From contig JALJEE010001769.1 in assembly GCA_023231475.1 (NCBI GenBank), positions 1 to 54,739 on the forward strand: 54,739 bases of DNA. The letters run 5' to 3'. A model generated the notes under the pieces. It was not told where the DNA came from. It saw nothing but the letters and a program-made list of their open reading frames with translations, and searched no databases. This stretch comes from Seison nebaliae. Lineage: Eukaryota. This document shows positions 19,753-33,055 of the stretch, in pieces (within the stretch, counting starts at the first letter, position 1; each line of letters begins with the position of its first letter). A program made the translations under genes and the position numbers.

Positions 19753-20799
19753 TCATTTCTTATTGGCGAATTTGGAATAAGCCGCGGACCATCCACTCTC
19801 CTTTGATTGACCATATTTACGACTGGCGGGAAAAGTCTTGTCGCTACTTGCTGTGAATCCAGGAATAGCGGTGTCTGGTCGTTCCGGATGTTTGGCCACA
19901 TTCTCCCGTTTTCGTTGAAGAACGGCATTGAATCGTTCTCGATTCTTCTCAATTCGCTCTTCTCGTTCCTTCTTCAAACGTTGCAAGTTCTCTTCCGCTT
20001 TGGATAGTCGTCGGTTTCGGCACGCCGTCATCGGACGGCGTACTTCACCATCACCTTCATGATGGAGCGGCGCCTAATATCATAAGATGAATTAACAAAT
20101 GACATATGAAATAGAAAAGAACAAAACAAATAGAAAATAGTAGAAGTTAACTAAATTTTAGAAATTTTTTCAAATTTTTTCAAATATATCTAAAAAAATT
20201 GATTGTACTTCAAAAAGGAAATTAAACTTAAAATGAAATTTAATTGAGAATTGTTTAAAATGTACCTCGTCACTGGATAATCCAACTGATTCGAATTCTT
20301 TACGAATTAGCTAAAAAAACTTTTTGAAAAAATCCTTCTGCTATTCAATAAGAAACTTCAATTCGTCGATCAGACAACTTCGTCTTCAAAGTGGATGGCA
20401 AACGGAAGATCGCTTGTCCATGATTGATAGCTACTGTACCTGATTTGGTAGTTTGACTATCATCTGTTTGCTTCTCAGCAACAAACGTATCGACATCTGG
20501 TTTGGTGTTCTGAAAATCCGTCACGATATGTTCGCATAAAATTTCCCGAGCCTGAGCATCTTCTCTCGCTAATAATAAGAGGAGATTGATGGAACATTTG
20601 GAGAAAGGATAGAATATGAACCGAAATATTTCTCATATTTACCACTCTTATCGTCCACACATTCCAGGAAGTAATTGGACATGTCATTCTTAGTGAACTG
20701 AACCCGTGCTGCTGCTGTCATCGGACGTATCTTATCGCTCCTTCAAATAATGATAGATTAATAAGAATTAAATAAAGAATGAGTTAACTGTCCTTTCAT
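19753..20799 (-). CDS. Uncharacterised ~235-aa protein with RPMTA/RPDTA motifs and a C-terminal coiled coil (possibly ciliary/cytoskeletal)
   Basis: Five phase-consistent exons: 20799-20789, 20740-20622, 20568-20357, 20310-20266 and 20073-19753. They read MKGQSDKIRPMTAAARVQFTKNDMSNYFLECV...LSDRRIE/LIRKEFESVGLSSDE/APLHHEGDGEVRRPMTACRNRRLSKAEENLQRLKKEREERIEKNRERF... An alternative phase-1 donor exists 21 nt earlier in exon 2. Product not recognised. Confidence 0.75.
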
Positions 20800-21456
20800 T
20801 CTTCTCAATCTAATTAGGGTAGTTCAACCAATGCGACGATGTTGGGCAAACAAGATGAAGGTAAGACGATAGAAGAAAGAAAGAAAAATTGAAAATTGGA
20901 AAGGTATGAAAATGAAGAATAAAAATTTTCAGTTTTGAAAAGTGCACGCAAAATTACCAAATATATAGTCGACAATTGGAAAAATGATAAAAAGTCGTTA
21001 AGAATTAGTCGTTAGAATGAGAGAATCCAGTTGGCGTAGTAACGACGGAAATAATTCAAATATTCTTGTAATTTCAAAGAATTATCTTCAATTAGATAAA
21101 AAAAAATTTTCAATTTAAAGCTTTCTCTTCCGTTCTGACAACTATATCGTTGGCGTTCTATTGTTTAATATATTAATAAATTATAATATTTCTTATTTTA
21201 TTTCAACAAATAATTCCTCATTTATTATGCTCAATTCTAATTAGATAATTTTAAAAATTAGACACGAAAAAAAATTTGGAGGGAAATCAACGAATCAAAT
21301 TCAAATAAAATTCGAATTGTTTTTATTAATAAAATTCTTTTTTTTTCTTCAATCATTTTAATAATAAGAATTTCAGCTATTATAAATTTCGTTTTTTCGA
21401 TCATCACCAAAAATCCGTGTGAAATAATTTATCTTTCTCTCTCATGTGATTGGACT

Positions 21457-22419
21457 TTATTTTTGCTTCTCTTCTAATGCGGCCGCACCAGACATAATTT
21501 CAATCAACTCTCTCGTAATAGCAGCTTGACGTGTTCGGTTGAAAAGTAATGTTAATTTATCGATCATTTCACCTTGAAGGAAACATATGAATTTGAATGA
21601 GTTAAATGAATAATTAAACTTGCATTTTTTGTTGCATTGTCCATGGCGGACATTCGAGAACTTTGTTCTGATGTTGAATTCTCTTTCAACGTATAATAAA
21701 CAAGTGAAGTGAAATTGAATTCTTGGAAACTCTGAATGACATCCGCATCGACCGAATCATATTTTCCATAATTCTTCGCTTCCGTTATACATTTTAATGA
21801 ATAGATTGGTAAAGGAACTGTTGAATTAGAGAGAGCGGATCTATTAAGGAAAATAATGAAAATGAATTTGAATGTGAAAGAAGAACTTGAATCGATTATA
21901 AACGATTTCTCCCGAATCAAATTGATATTCAGAATTTGTGATAGCTCCAGCAATTTTTGAAGCATCACCAAATGTGATATCTTTTTTTCCGATTTCATTA
22001 ATAGTTAAAAGGAAATTGTCCTTGTATTGACGTACTAAATTCAAACGAGCTTTTTCTCCAATACAAACAACTTTCGTTTCCATTCCATCCACTTTCTTCT
22101 CGAAAGCTTGACGAATGAATTTAATAACACGTGAATGAACGGCACCACACAATCCACGATCGGATGTCATCGCCACAATCAAATGTGTCTTTTTCGCTTC
22201 GGGAACTTCTACTTCAGCTTTCTCATAAAAAGCGACCGCTCCCAATCCATATGGACGGGCATGACGTAAATCACGTTCAGCTTTCGCAAATTTCGAAGCG
22301 GAAACCATCTGCATACTCTTCGTAATCTTCTTAATACTATGCACAGATTTCAGACGACGACTCAACTCCTTCAGAGTTGCCATATTTCTCGATTGAGTAT
22401 AAATTAAATTATTCATCAT
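21457..22419 (-). CDS. ATP5F1C: Mitochondrial ATP synthase F1 subunit gamma (~289 aa)
   Basis: Motifs [63 protein letters not shown] and [23 protein letters not shown]. Exons 22419-21887, 21840-21620 and 21572-21457 (introns 46 and 47 nt). The first in-frame ATG is 22419. Confidence 0.96.
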
Positions 22420-25400
22420 TCTTCTAATCTCGAACACGTTTCTGATAAAGAGAAAGTTCTTCAAAAACAAATTAAATCTACCAAAATCCTTAATGAATTA
22501 TCTCCATGAGAGAAGTGTGTATCCAATGAAAAAATTTATCATAATAAACTATTCTTTAGAAAATGTTTTAATTAATTTTGAATTAATTTTAAATCACCCG
22601 AATCAGAATTTAAAAAGCTTAAAATTCAAAAAAAATCATCATTTAAATCTTTTTTGAATAATTCTCATTTTTGACACTCTCCCGACGAACTCATTTATCG
22701 TTCTATCACTTTTTACCGTTCCTTTAAATTTCTTTTTTATTCTCACAATATTATTTTATACACCATTCCATTATTCTGCTAAGAAATCCTTTAAACAATA
22801 GACAATAAAACAAATTTAAGTTTATCCAAATTGTGTAAAGCTACAATCGTTTGTGCAATAAATTATTTTGGGAAAGAACTGAAAAAAAGTTCTCATGATC
22901 AGTTGAATATTGAACACCTTGTTTTTTTCACGTTATTTTACCCTGATTAACATTTAAATATAATAATTATAAATGTACAATTTTTGGATAGATAAAAGAC
23001 TTGTTGATAAGTTATTTTCCTTAATCTCTATCTGCAACTTAAACTTGTAAGTTTGTTAACGTACTAATTGGTATGAAACTTGTTGGATTTAATTGGAAAC
23101 GCAAAATTATTCGATTCAGATTCCTTGAAATGTTCGTTTTGATTGTCGTCTTCCAATGTTTCTGAATGAAACAAAAATATTCAATTGTACATTTTCTTCG
23201 TGTTGAATTAATCGTTATTGAGCATTTAAGAAATTATTAGTAGGGAATATTAATGGGAAGGAAACTTAATGTAAATTTATTGATAACTCCAGCTAGATGA
23301 GGAGGATCATAAGTTTCAGCTACGTAAGAATAGGTCGTCAAATTTTAATTAATTAAAATTCATTGAATGTTATGAAGAATTACATTGTTGTGAATAAAGT
23401 GAATATTTCATTGGGAATTGGTTGAGTAATAGAATAAATTAATAATAATAATAATAATAGTCGTAGTAGTAGTAGGAGTAGTAGAAAAGTTGAGTTAGTT
23501 ACGAATAAATTCTAATTTGAATTTCTTTTTACACAGAACGTTTGAAGGTAAACTATAGAGAATTGATTCCAAGATGTATTTGAATGAATTCGAATAATAG
23601 ATTATTACGACAAATTGCGGAAACGGTTGTGAATATAGAAATTGAATTTATTATTCACTTTCACTTTCCCCTGTTACTAACGCTCTGGATAGTTCACATT
23701 TATGACGAACAACATGTCAATCATCAACTCCATTGTTTGTTAGTAAGTTTTATTATTAGATTGAGCTACGTATTATTAAATTGTATGTGAAAGACATTGA
23801 ACGATGAACTGTGATTGGGAAGCATATTAAAAAGGAATTATTTCTTAAGTTTTGGCTGAAGGAAACGAGTGATGAAAAGGAGGATGTGAGATAAAAGTTG
23901 CTTTTATGTATTAGATGCTAATCTAGAAAAATTAGTCATGACTAAAAATTACGACAAGAAGATAACAGTCAAGATTTACGTGGTTTGACAAACAACAACA
24001 TTGGTAATGGATAAATAACGCGCTTAGTTATTCTCTAAACGTTTGGAGAGATATGTTGGCAAAAGAAAAAGTCAATGTTTAATGACATCCCTGACATCCC
24101 CCCTAACGATTGTGATAAATAAGATCGAGAAACTAATTCTTTTATATCTACCTCCATTTTCTCATACTTGAATAATATTTCTATTTATGACATAACTCCC
24201 AAAAGAACATTTTATTTGCAAAACATTTCTTTTTATATTCCTTCTAATCGCTTAACAATCAACTAGGAAGATATTTCTTGTAACACTTTTACATTTCATG
24301 TCTAAGTCGACCATATTTTGGTTGGAAAAAACATTTAGTCAACTAATTTTGTTCGAATTTGAATTGAAAAATGATAACTGATATTGTGGATAATGAGAGA
24401 CGTGAATGTCTGTGATTTTTGAAGAAATGTTAAAGAACTTCTTCTATGAAATGAATGTAAATGAAATGTGAACGGTCTCGAAGATAAGAAAATGAATTTG
24501 ATGATTATATCTAAATATGGATCTAGCCATCAAGCTATCTTAATAAATTTGATGGATAGATGATGATATATTTGTAAATAGGTTCATTCATATATATGAG
24601 ATGTGTATGAAGAGGAATGTGAAGTGAACATTTTTTTGCGAGAATTCAAATATAGAAGATAATGAGAAATATGAATAAGGGAGGATAACGTTGTTGAAAA
24701 AATGATTTCTTTTCCGCTTGTTCCGGTTTACCTGTCTCATCTCTTCGGATATATGTTGTCATCACCATCATCATCATCATCATCATCATCATCAGCTCAA
24801 TCAACAAAAAGCCATCACGACAATTAATGAATCGAAAGAAAATTATTGTCAAATATAACACTTCTTTTTCTGAAGCGGCAGATAAGAGAGATACCAAAAG
24901 AACTTGTCATCTCATTCGGAAAATCTTTCTAAATAATCTTTCGATTAATTTCTCGACTATCTTCTAATGGTGTTGATAAGAATTTTTTTCAAATTTTACC
25001 AAAAAATTTTTTTCCGATTTTCCTTAAATCTCCTGACATTATTTTTGTCTTCATCAGATCGGAATTATTTCGAACAATATCTTTGGCAGTTCGTGTTTCA
25101 TGGTTGATAAATCATCGACATTCGAAATGGATTTTTAGCTTGATATAATTTTAGAATAAATTTTAAGTGAAATTGAAAAGAAGAGAAAGTCCTTAAAAAG
25201 TCGGGTAGCGTGTAAAAAGTTTGACGACGAATGTTGGAATATAGCTCATTACTGTTTTTGATTGTTATTTATTAAACGAGAGTTTGATGTGTACCTGGAA
25301 GTTACCGAAATTAACTTCCGGAGTTTACTTATTTTCTAGGTACGCTGGAGGGTTGTAATTGATGTTCTTATTTTCCTTTCGAACGATCTAACATCTTATC

Positions 25401-28400
25401 ATGAATTTCAGTTAAAGAAGTCGTTAGATAATTGAGACTTAGCAAGAAGGTGAATGATTTGTGTGAATAAGAAAGAAAGAATCTCTTTTCTGCTCTATCT
25501 TTGCCTATATCGTATAATGGTTGTTAGATGTCGGTTGGGAGAGAAGATGGGAGGAAGAAGTATTAAGATATTCGACAACTGTCATCAGATTCTTCATATC
25601 TTTGTTAAATTTATTTAATTGGAAAAATGTTTGTTGGTTAAACTCCGAACATTTATTGTTTAAAGGAGTGGGTAGATGTGGGTAGATGTGAGGGGTGAGT
25701 AAATGGATAGGTGGGGGGATACCTTGTCGGAAATGTAAACTTGTATTGAATGTGTATCGGTTTATTTAATTTGAATAATAATAAGAAACATTTCTATCAA
25801 ACATTTGAAATGAGAAATATAAATGAGTTTGCTCGTGCTTTTAATCATTTTACCTCATACCTTTCTTACTATTATAGTCATTTAAGCAGATGTGTCTCTC
25901 CATTTCGGGTTCTCTTTGATTGACGACGAACTAACTAATGTTAATAAACATTTTTTTTCTTCTTCTTCTTCATATTTCTATTTGGGATAAAATTGATAGT
26001 TAATATACTAAATGATAAGTTAAATCTCGATGTTCATTTTTTCTTCTTCGTTGTAGCGGTACTGATAGGGATGTGTTATTATTCGGACCCATATTTACAA
26101 AAAGGAAAAACGAGTGAAAAATGAATATTAAGAAGAATTCGTATGTAATGGATGAAGTTTTACTATATCCATTAAATTTCGAGTTCACTTTTATTATCTC
26201 TATCAGTTCTACCTATTGAGAAGCAATGTTCTATATCTTCTCCCAACTGATGGTAGAGAAATGTAATATTTCATATAATAAACTAATACATATCTCATTT
26301 ATTATAAATTCATTCTTTCACTCACTCATCCCTTTCATTTCTACTCTCGCCGTTCTGATTATTATGTTGTTAGTAATTTTCATTAAATTATTCTTATTCC
26401 CATTTAGGACAATGTTTGCCTCATCCTAAATAATGGCACATTTTCCTTTTTTCTTCTTTCCCATTTCTTCTTTTCATCGTTTTTCTCATCAATCTGATTA
26501 TCCGATTATCAGATTTTTTAAGGATTCATGTGATTTTTCTGATCTTATTCTCATAATAATTACCATCATATTATTATCATTCTATTCATTATTCTCACTG
26601 GAAATATCTTTTCATTTATTTAATACATTTATTTTTATTAGTAGATACTACATTTTTACAATAGGATCGTTTGCGCCACGTGCATCTCATCTCAACAATT
26701 AAGAGAAGATGCATTTGAAAGTCATGAATTTTCGTTAGTTAATCCTTTCTTTCTTTCTTTCTTTCTTTCAACTTTCTAACACTTCGTTTAGTTTTATAAA
26801 ACATTTACTTGTTTTTCAACATTTCACCTTTTTCTTTAACTATCATTAAATTAATTTTATGGTATAATTCTAATAAATTGCTAATAGCATTAACATAATT
26901 TAATAAGAATGAAGAAGTAACGATTTGAAGGAATGAGTTGAAGAAATGTGTAATGAACGTCAGAAGAAGACCAACGATAAAATCAAATTAAACTGTAAAT
27001 TAAAATTATTGACGACAATTGATCAAAATCAATTCAATGATAATGATCATATGGTGGCGAAGAAAAGGATAATTATCAATATTACAATGAGAAGAAACGG
27101 ATGAAAATGCTTTGGATTAGTGATGGGTATAATGAATGATATATCCTTATCGACGACCAGTTGATGATTTACTTCATTCAATTCAAACGGCAAGTTGATA
27201 TGAGAAAATACTGACTGACAGATGGAAAGATGAGATTACATTAATGAACAATATTGTCAAGATGAAAATTGAAGAAAATTTGGTATATCGATCAATATAT
27301 TTCAATGGATGATAATGAGAATGGACGAACGATAACCTTGTAACGGTCGTTTATCACATATAACATGTTAGTTGTTGTCTGTCAACTCTCTTATATCGAT
27401 TTAACAAATAAGATTAATTCGTCTCAAAAATTATTGTTTCATCTTTTTTTTCTTCATTTTCATGTAAGTTTTCTATCCCATTCTTTTTCTTCTATTTCAT
27501 TTCTCTTCCATTCTTCTCACCCAGACAGTCACCTCAACAGTAGAAAATTGAACTTGCGAGTAAGGAACAAGTAAAAAAAAATTTAAAGATTTCAATTTTC
27601 GGTTTTACAAACATCATTTTATGATAGTGCGTCCCATACGATATCTTCTCGTTGGTTGTTTATTGATGACAATAACGACAGCGAAAGGAACAACATCACT
27701 ATTAAATGACGACGATGAAGCATTTGTGCGTTTAGAATTGATCAGCAAATGTTGAATGTTTTATGAAAAATTTTATTTTTTGGATGGAAATTCGTTTTAT
27801 GAAAGAATTCTTTCTTTGTTTTAGCAGATGGTTAGGCGAATAGTTCTCTTAAGTTCGTATGGGATGATATGTTTATTGATGGAAAGAATAAATATGTTGT
27901 CGAGCGTTGTCGAGATATCTAATGGGATGTTGAAACGATGTCCAATTTCCTAGTCGAATCTATTCACCACGAATTGAATAACCTAGATATGCAGATTATT
28001 AGGAATACTGTCAAGTCGATTGCTACGGACAATTCGATTGCCGTCCATTGACCATATACAACTATTGAATGAGTTATTGTATCTCATCAGCTTTCGATCG
28101 TTAATAAGAACCTGTAAAGACGGCTATTAGTTATCAAAACGCTAAACGACAGTTTATGTCAACTTTAATCCATTTCGGTTTTATGAAAGAGTTGATGAGA
28201 GGATAAAGGAGGGGAGAAGGAGAGTAAGGAAGGATATGAGAAGAGATGTGAATGAAAAGAATGAAATAAAGTTCTTTTTTTCTCATTTTTCAAATTATTG
28301 TCAATTAGTCACATAATTGCTCGACAATTGAACGCAATGAGATAATGATTAGGAAGTACTCGTAGTTAACGAACATTGCAAATCAATTCGGTAGAGTAAT

Positions 28401-29713
28401 TCATAATCAAATGATCATAATCGTCATCATCTCATTTCACATATAACTCTGAACGATGATCTTCTTTTCATAAAGTTTTTCTTGTCTGATTAATATAGTA
28501 ATTATCATCAATAAGATATTGATATTTTTAACGAGTATTTCGTCAACTCCCTTATCGTTCCCATCGAATAATATTATCTGCTTCATGTTGTTCTTGTACT
28601 TTCTTCACTTTTTGCTTTTTCATGATTCGGATGAATTCGATTTATTTCTACTAATTGAAAATGTAATAAATCTCCATCGATATTCGGGGGAAGATGTTGG
28701 TAATTATAATGAGATCAAAAGAAAATCATCTCCAACTTCATGTGGAGCGGTTAGTTGAAATGGAGATGTTATATCTCTGTGTAAATCGCTCAAATCCATC
28801 AGCTATTTAATGTTGTTTATACACATGCTTATCTGTCTCTCTAATTTCAACCGGATATTCGTTTCAAATTTTAACATCGGAAGTAAATAGTTACTTAAAG
28901 ACTTAGTTTTTCTTTTCCATTCATGTTCAACTTAATTGTTCACTGATTCATGTTATGTCATTGACGGAGATCTTCTTTCTTTTCTTTCTTCCGGAATATT
29001 ATCTCTGGAGGATACGTATTAATTCCTATGAAAACGACCATTCCTTCAATATGTCTCATAAATTTAGTGATCAGTTTATATTATTTTACCTGGTCGAAAT
29101 GAAGGTTGGTCAAGTCGTTATTGTCTGCAATTTAACTACACCTTAAAAGAATAAGCCTGACTAACAACTAATCGTAAGTCCATGAAAATTATGTTTGAAA
29201 ATTAAAAAAATTTCTCCAAAGAAAATTTGATTTTGGTGAAGATTTCATATTATAGTTGCATTTACTTATATATCTCGAATCGTTGACGGAGTATTATAGT
29301 TTTCATTTCTCGTTCTGATGATATAAGTTAACTTGTTTATGGGAATTATATTACTAAAATAAAAATGTTAATGTTGAATTTGGAGACGGGGGGAGAGGAG
29401 TGGAGGAAATGAGAATCCTATGTTAGTCATATGACTCCTCATATTTATTTGTGCATTAGTAGCACATGAAAGATGTAGAATGAAAAATATAACATGAACT
29501 TTTCGAAAAAAAAATAATTCAAAAGCGACAGATTTCTCCTTTTTTTCTATTTTATTCGACAATATCTTATTCTCATTCAATCCATCAAATTTTAATAATA
29601 AACATCATAATACATTCAAACTCAGCACTATGTTCGATTGTTGTATTGTAGCATGAATATCATGAGGATGTCGATGAACATAATAACAATTATTAATAGA
29701 ACCATATTCATAT

Positions 29714-30325
29714 GAAGGAGAGACAATTGGGAGACTTGACAACTTCCAAATTCGATAATTCGAAGACTAGACAATCGGGAGACCAGTTTTAATGGGTATG
29801 AAGACTAGACAGTCAATTACCTTCCAATAGCATTACTTAAGTATCATTAGCAATATGATTAGCAACATTAATATATGATATAAGTGATATGTTAGTTCAA
29901 GCTTAAATATTCCCTAAAAGAAAAAATTACAAATAATTTTTGAGAGAGTTTCAATAATAATCTAACCATTGTAAATCATTACGGTCTTTTTCGATTAAAT
30001 TAAATCCGGTCGAAGATAGAAACCTATAAGGAGAAATAACAGAAAATTATTAATAGAACGACATCTACCATATCTAGTAGATTATGAAGAAATTCTGGAT
30101 GTTGAAAATTTACATTTTCGCTGTAAAGTTTTTTTTCTTTTTTTTTCTCCATCTTTTTATTTATTTATAATCAACTAATAATTTTAATTTTACATATTTT
30201 TGAAGCGTTTGCTGTGGAGATTTATTGCTACATATTCTTGCAAATCGAATTGTCTAATCTCCTTATTGTCGATGTTGGAATTCTCTAGTCTCCGAATTAT
30301 CGAGTCTCCAAATTGTACGTCGTTC
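29714..30325. mobile_element. Non-autonomous Mutator/foldback-like MITE remnant (~612 bp)
   Basis: Identical 10-bp flanks ATATTCATAT (29704-29713 and 30326-30335); element starts with G and ends with C. The degenerate terminal inverted repeats (GAAGGAGAGACAATTGGGAGACTTG vs reverse complement GAACGACGTACAATTTGGAGACTCG) are built of ~16-bp subunits resembling ACAATTCGGAGACTAG. No transposase ORF. Confidence 0.65.
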
Positions 30326-33055
30326 ATATTCATATGACAAATGGTGATGATTTCACCTACATGTATCTCATTTGTTTTAGACATCTCTCATTCTCCACGT
30401 TAAATTTCTTCATTGTGCTCACTTTTACTTCTTTTGTTTTAATCAAAATATCTAAATTTACTTTACTTCGGTCTCATTACACAGATAGCGAATTAACCAT
30501 TTCTGATTCTTTAGAAAAGAAAAAGAAAAAAGATTAAGTTCCTATCTAACTACCATCGTCTTGTCGTCAGTCCCAACCTCATTTCCCACATATCACCACT
30601 ACAATTCATCCTCCTAAGACTTAACTTGTTATCAAAACTTGTTATTTCTTTTACAGGTTTTACGTCCCTATTCTTTTTTCATAAGTCGAATTACCAAATT
30701 TTACAGAAAAAAAAACGGAAAGGAAAAAACGTAGGTGAAAGTTGAACTCAAGTTTTTACCGTTTCTACCATATAAATTTCCCGATAAACTTAACAAGAAG
30801 TAAAAAATAAATTATTTCGACTCTCCATTATGAGAGGATCAACATTAATGATAATGATACGTTTAACATTTGACAGCGATTATTAAGGTTTTTATCGTCG
30901 AATACTTATGTAATTTAGAATGATTCAAAAGCTTTTTCCTATCAACCAAGTACGTATAGACGGCTGGCATTCGTGTGTACCATTCGTCGACGATGTTATC
31001 ATGTCAATTGTCGAATGGATTGTTTACAAGAATTAATTCTACATTTTTAATGATAATGTTCATTATTATGATCAATTTCATCCAATCTCCTATCAATTCA
31101 TCTCCTTCAATTCTCCATCGTCCTCATACCAAACGAGACATTTAATTAACTTAATTCTTTTTTTTTGTATCAATTATTTATTCATTTTCTTTCTTTTTAC
31201 AACATTGCTAGCCATTCTACATTCGGTTTAAAATCGATTGCTTAGATTTGGTTTGTGATGATGTGTAGAACGGAGAAATAAATAAATGAATAGATCATGT
31301 TCGTCACCATATTGTCCTTTTATATTTGGGCCGTAGTTGAATAACATATTTATATTTTCTCGTTTCGAGTAGATGAAGAAACGGTTGGCGATGCGTTCTT
31401 TTTCACCGTATATCTTTCATCACAATCTTTCTTCTTTTTACATCCCGTTCTAACATCTTACTGTTCTTTTTCTTTTGATTCGTAACGTTTCCACAACTCG
31501 CTTTCGTCCCGCTCACAATCCATTTATTTTTATCTTTCTTATTTTTGAAGTCGATAATTTTTTTCATTCAGTTTTCCTTCATATTTTTCCGTTGTCATCG
31601 TTATCGTGATCATCACCGTCATCGTCGTATTCTCACTGTTATATCTCGTCGATTGTTGCATTTGTGCACTATTCATTCATTTCATGTCGCTCATTGACCT
31701 GTTGATGTATGTATGTTACAGGTGATTATTATTTGGAGAAAGTGGAAAGAATTTCTAATCAAATGAGAAAATTTTAGTTTTTTTTTAATGGAAATATTTC
31801 ATTCAACAAAATCATCTCTATTTCATCTATTACCAAACATTAACGATTGATGAACTTACTTTTCTCTTCAACAATTCGTCAATTCGTCAACATTCGCCAG
31901 CTCGTTGAATTAGATGTTCAATCATTGTGTTTGCATGTGTTACTCTTTCTCTATTTCACACTGGAGAACACGCTCTCTCTCTCTCTCTCTCTGTCCACTT
32001 AAACCGATTCATCGCTTTTCTTTTTTGTTAGTTTCGCCCATCATCTCTTCGAGATCATTTGCTCTTAGGCCTTCTCCTCTCTCTGGCCAATATCTATCTT
32101 CCGTTTTTCCGAATTAACGAACGTAAATTTTTATAAATTAGAATGAGTAAAAAAGATAAATTTGTTACGATAATTGAACGTTACCTAAACTTTCTTAATC
32201 GTTCATTCGATTTGCCCACATCTCACTCGCACACACACACACACACACACAGACACACCGATATATACACATATGAACACGAAAAGAGACTCAACATAGA
32301 GTCACAGTAATAAAAAGAATTCCCGTTGGGAAACTATGTAGGAAAGTTAAGATGAAAATATAAATACATCGATCAAATAGAATCAATTAAACTTTTTCAA
32401 TCTTTTCCTTTTCCAACTAATTTATTATTCTCAGCGATATCTATCTCGACGATAAACATTTTTATAGTCGAACTAGCAAAAATTAAATTTTTTGGAGATT
32501 TCTCCTAATTTTATTTGGAAAAATCAGACAATATTGACGTTTTAAAAACTTTAACTAATTTCTATTGTTTCCATTTTTCTGAATAGGAGGAGTAACTGAT
32601 AATCGATTCTATTTAAATCTTTCAATCTATTCCCACATTCAAATCAATCCAAAATTGAAGTTTGGAGAAGGAAACAAAAAGAAATTAACTTTCAAATTAT
32701 TGAAAATTAATTTCAGTTTTCTCAGCATCAACGCTTCAAATTATTTAACTCGAATGTTTAAGGAAATGTGATAATCTTTCAGACAAATCTATTCATTGTT
32801 ACCATCATCAACATTTCCATTAATTATCAATCGCATTTTATCGTTTCCTTCTATCTCATCGATAAAGAATTTCGAAAAGAATTATTGAAGAAAACAGAAA
32901 AAATACGAATATAATTTCTTTTGATAATCTCTCAAAAAAATTGAAAGAAATTAAACTTTACTAATTCTCATCCAAATCAAATTTCCAATAAAAAAAGAAA
33001 AGAATTTCATCAAATCAATTGAGTTGTAGAGAATACATTCTTCATTATTAGGAAG

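Noticed and set aside
20475..20687. 70-aa minus-strand ORF from the track
   Set aside because: Wrong frame across exons 2-3 of the RPMTA gene and spans an intron.
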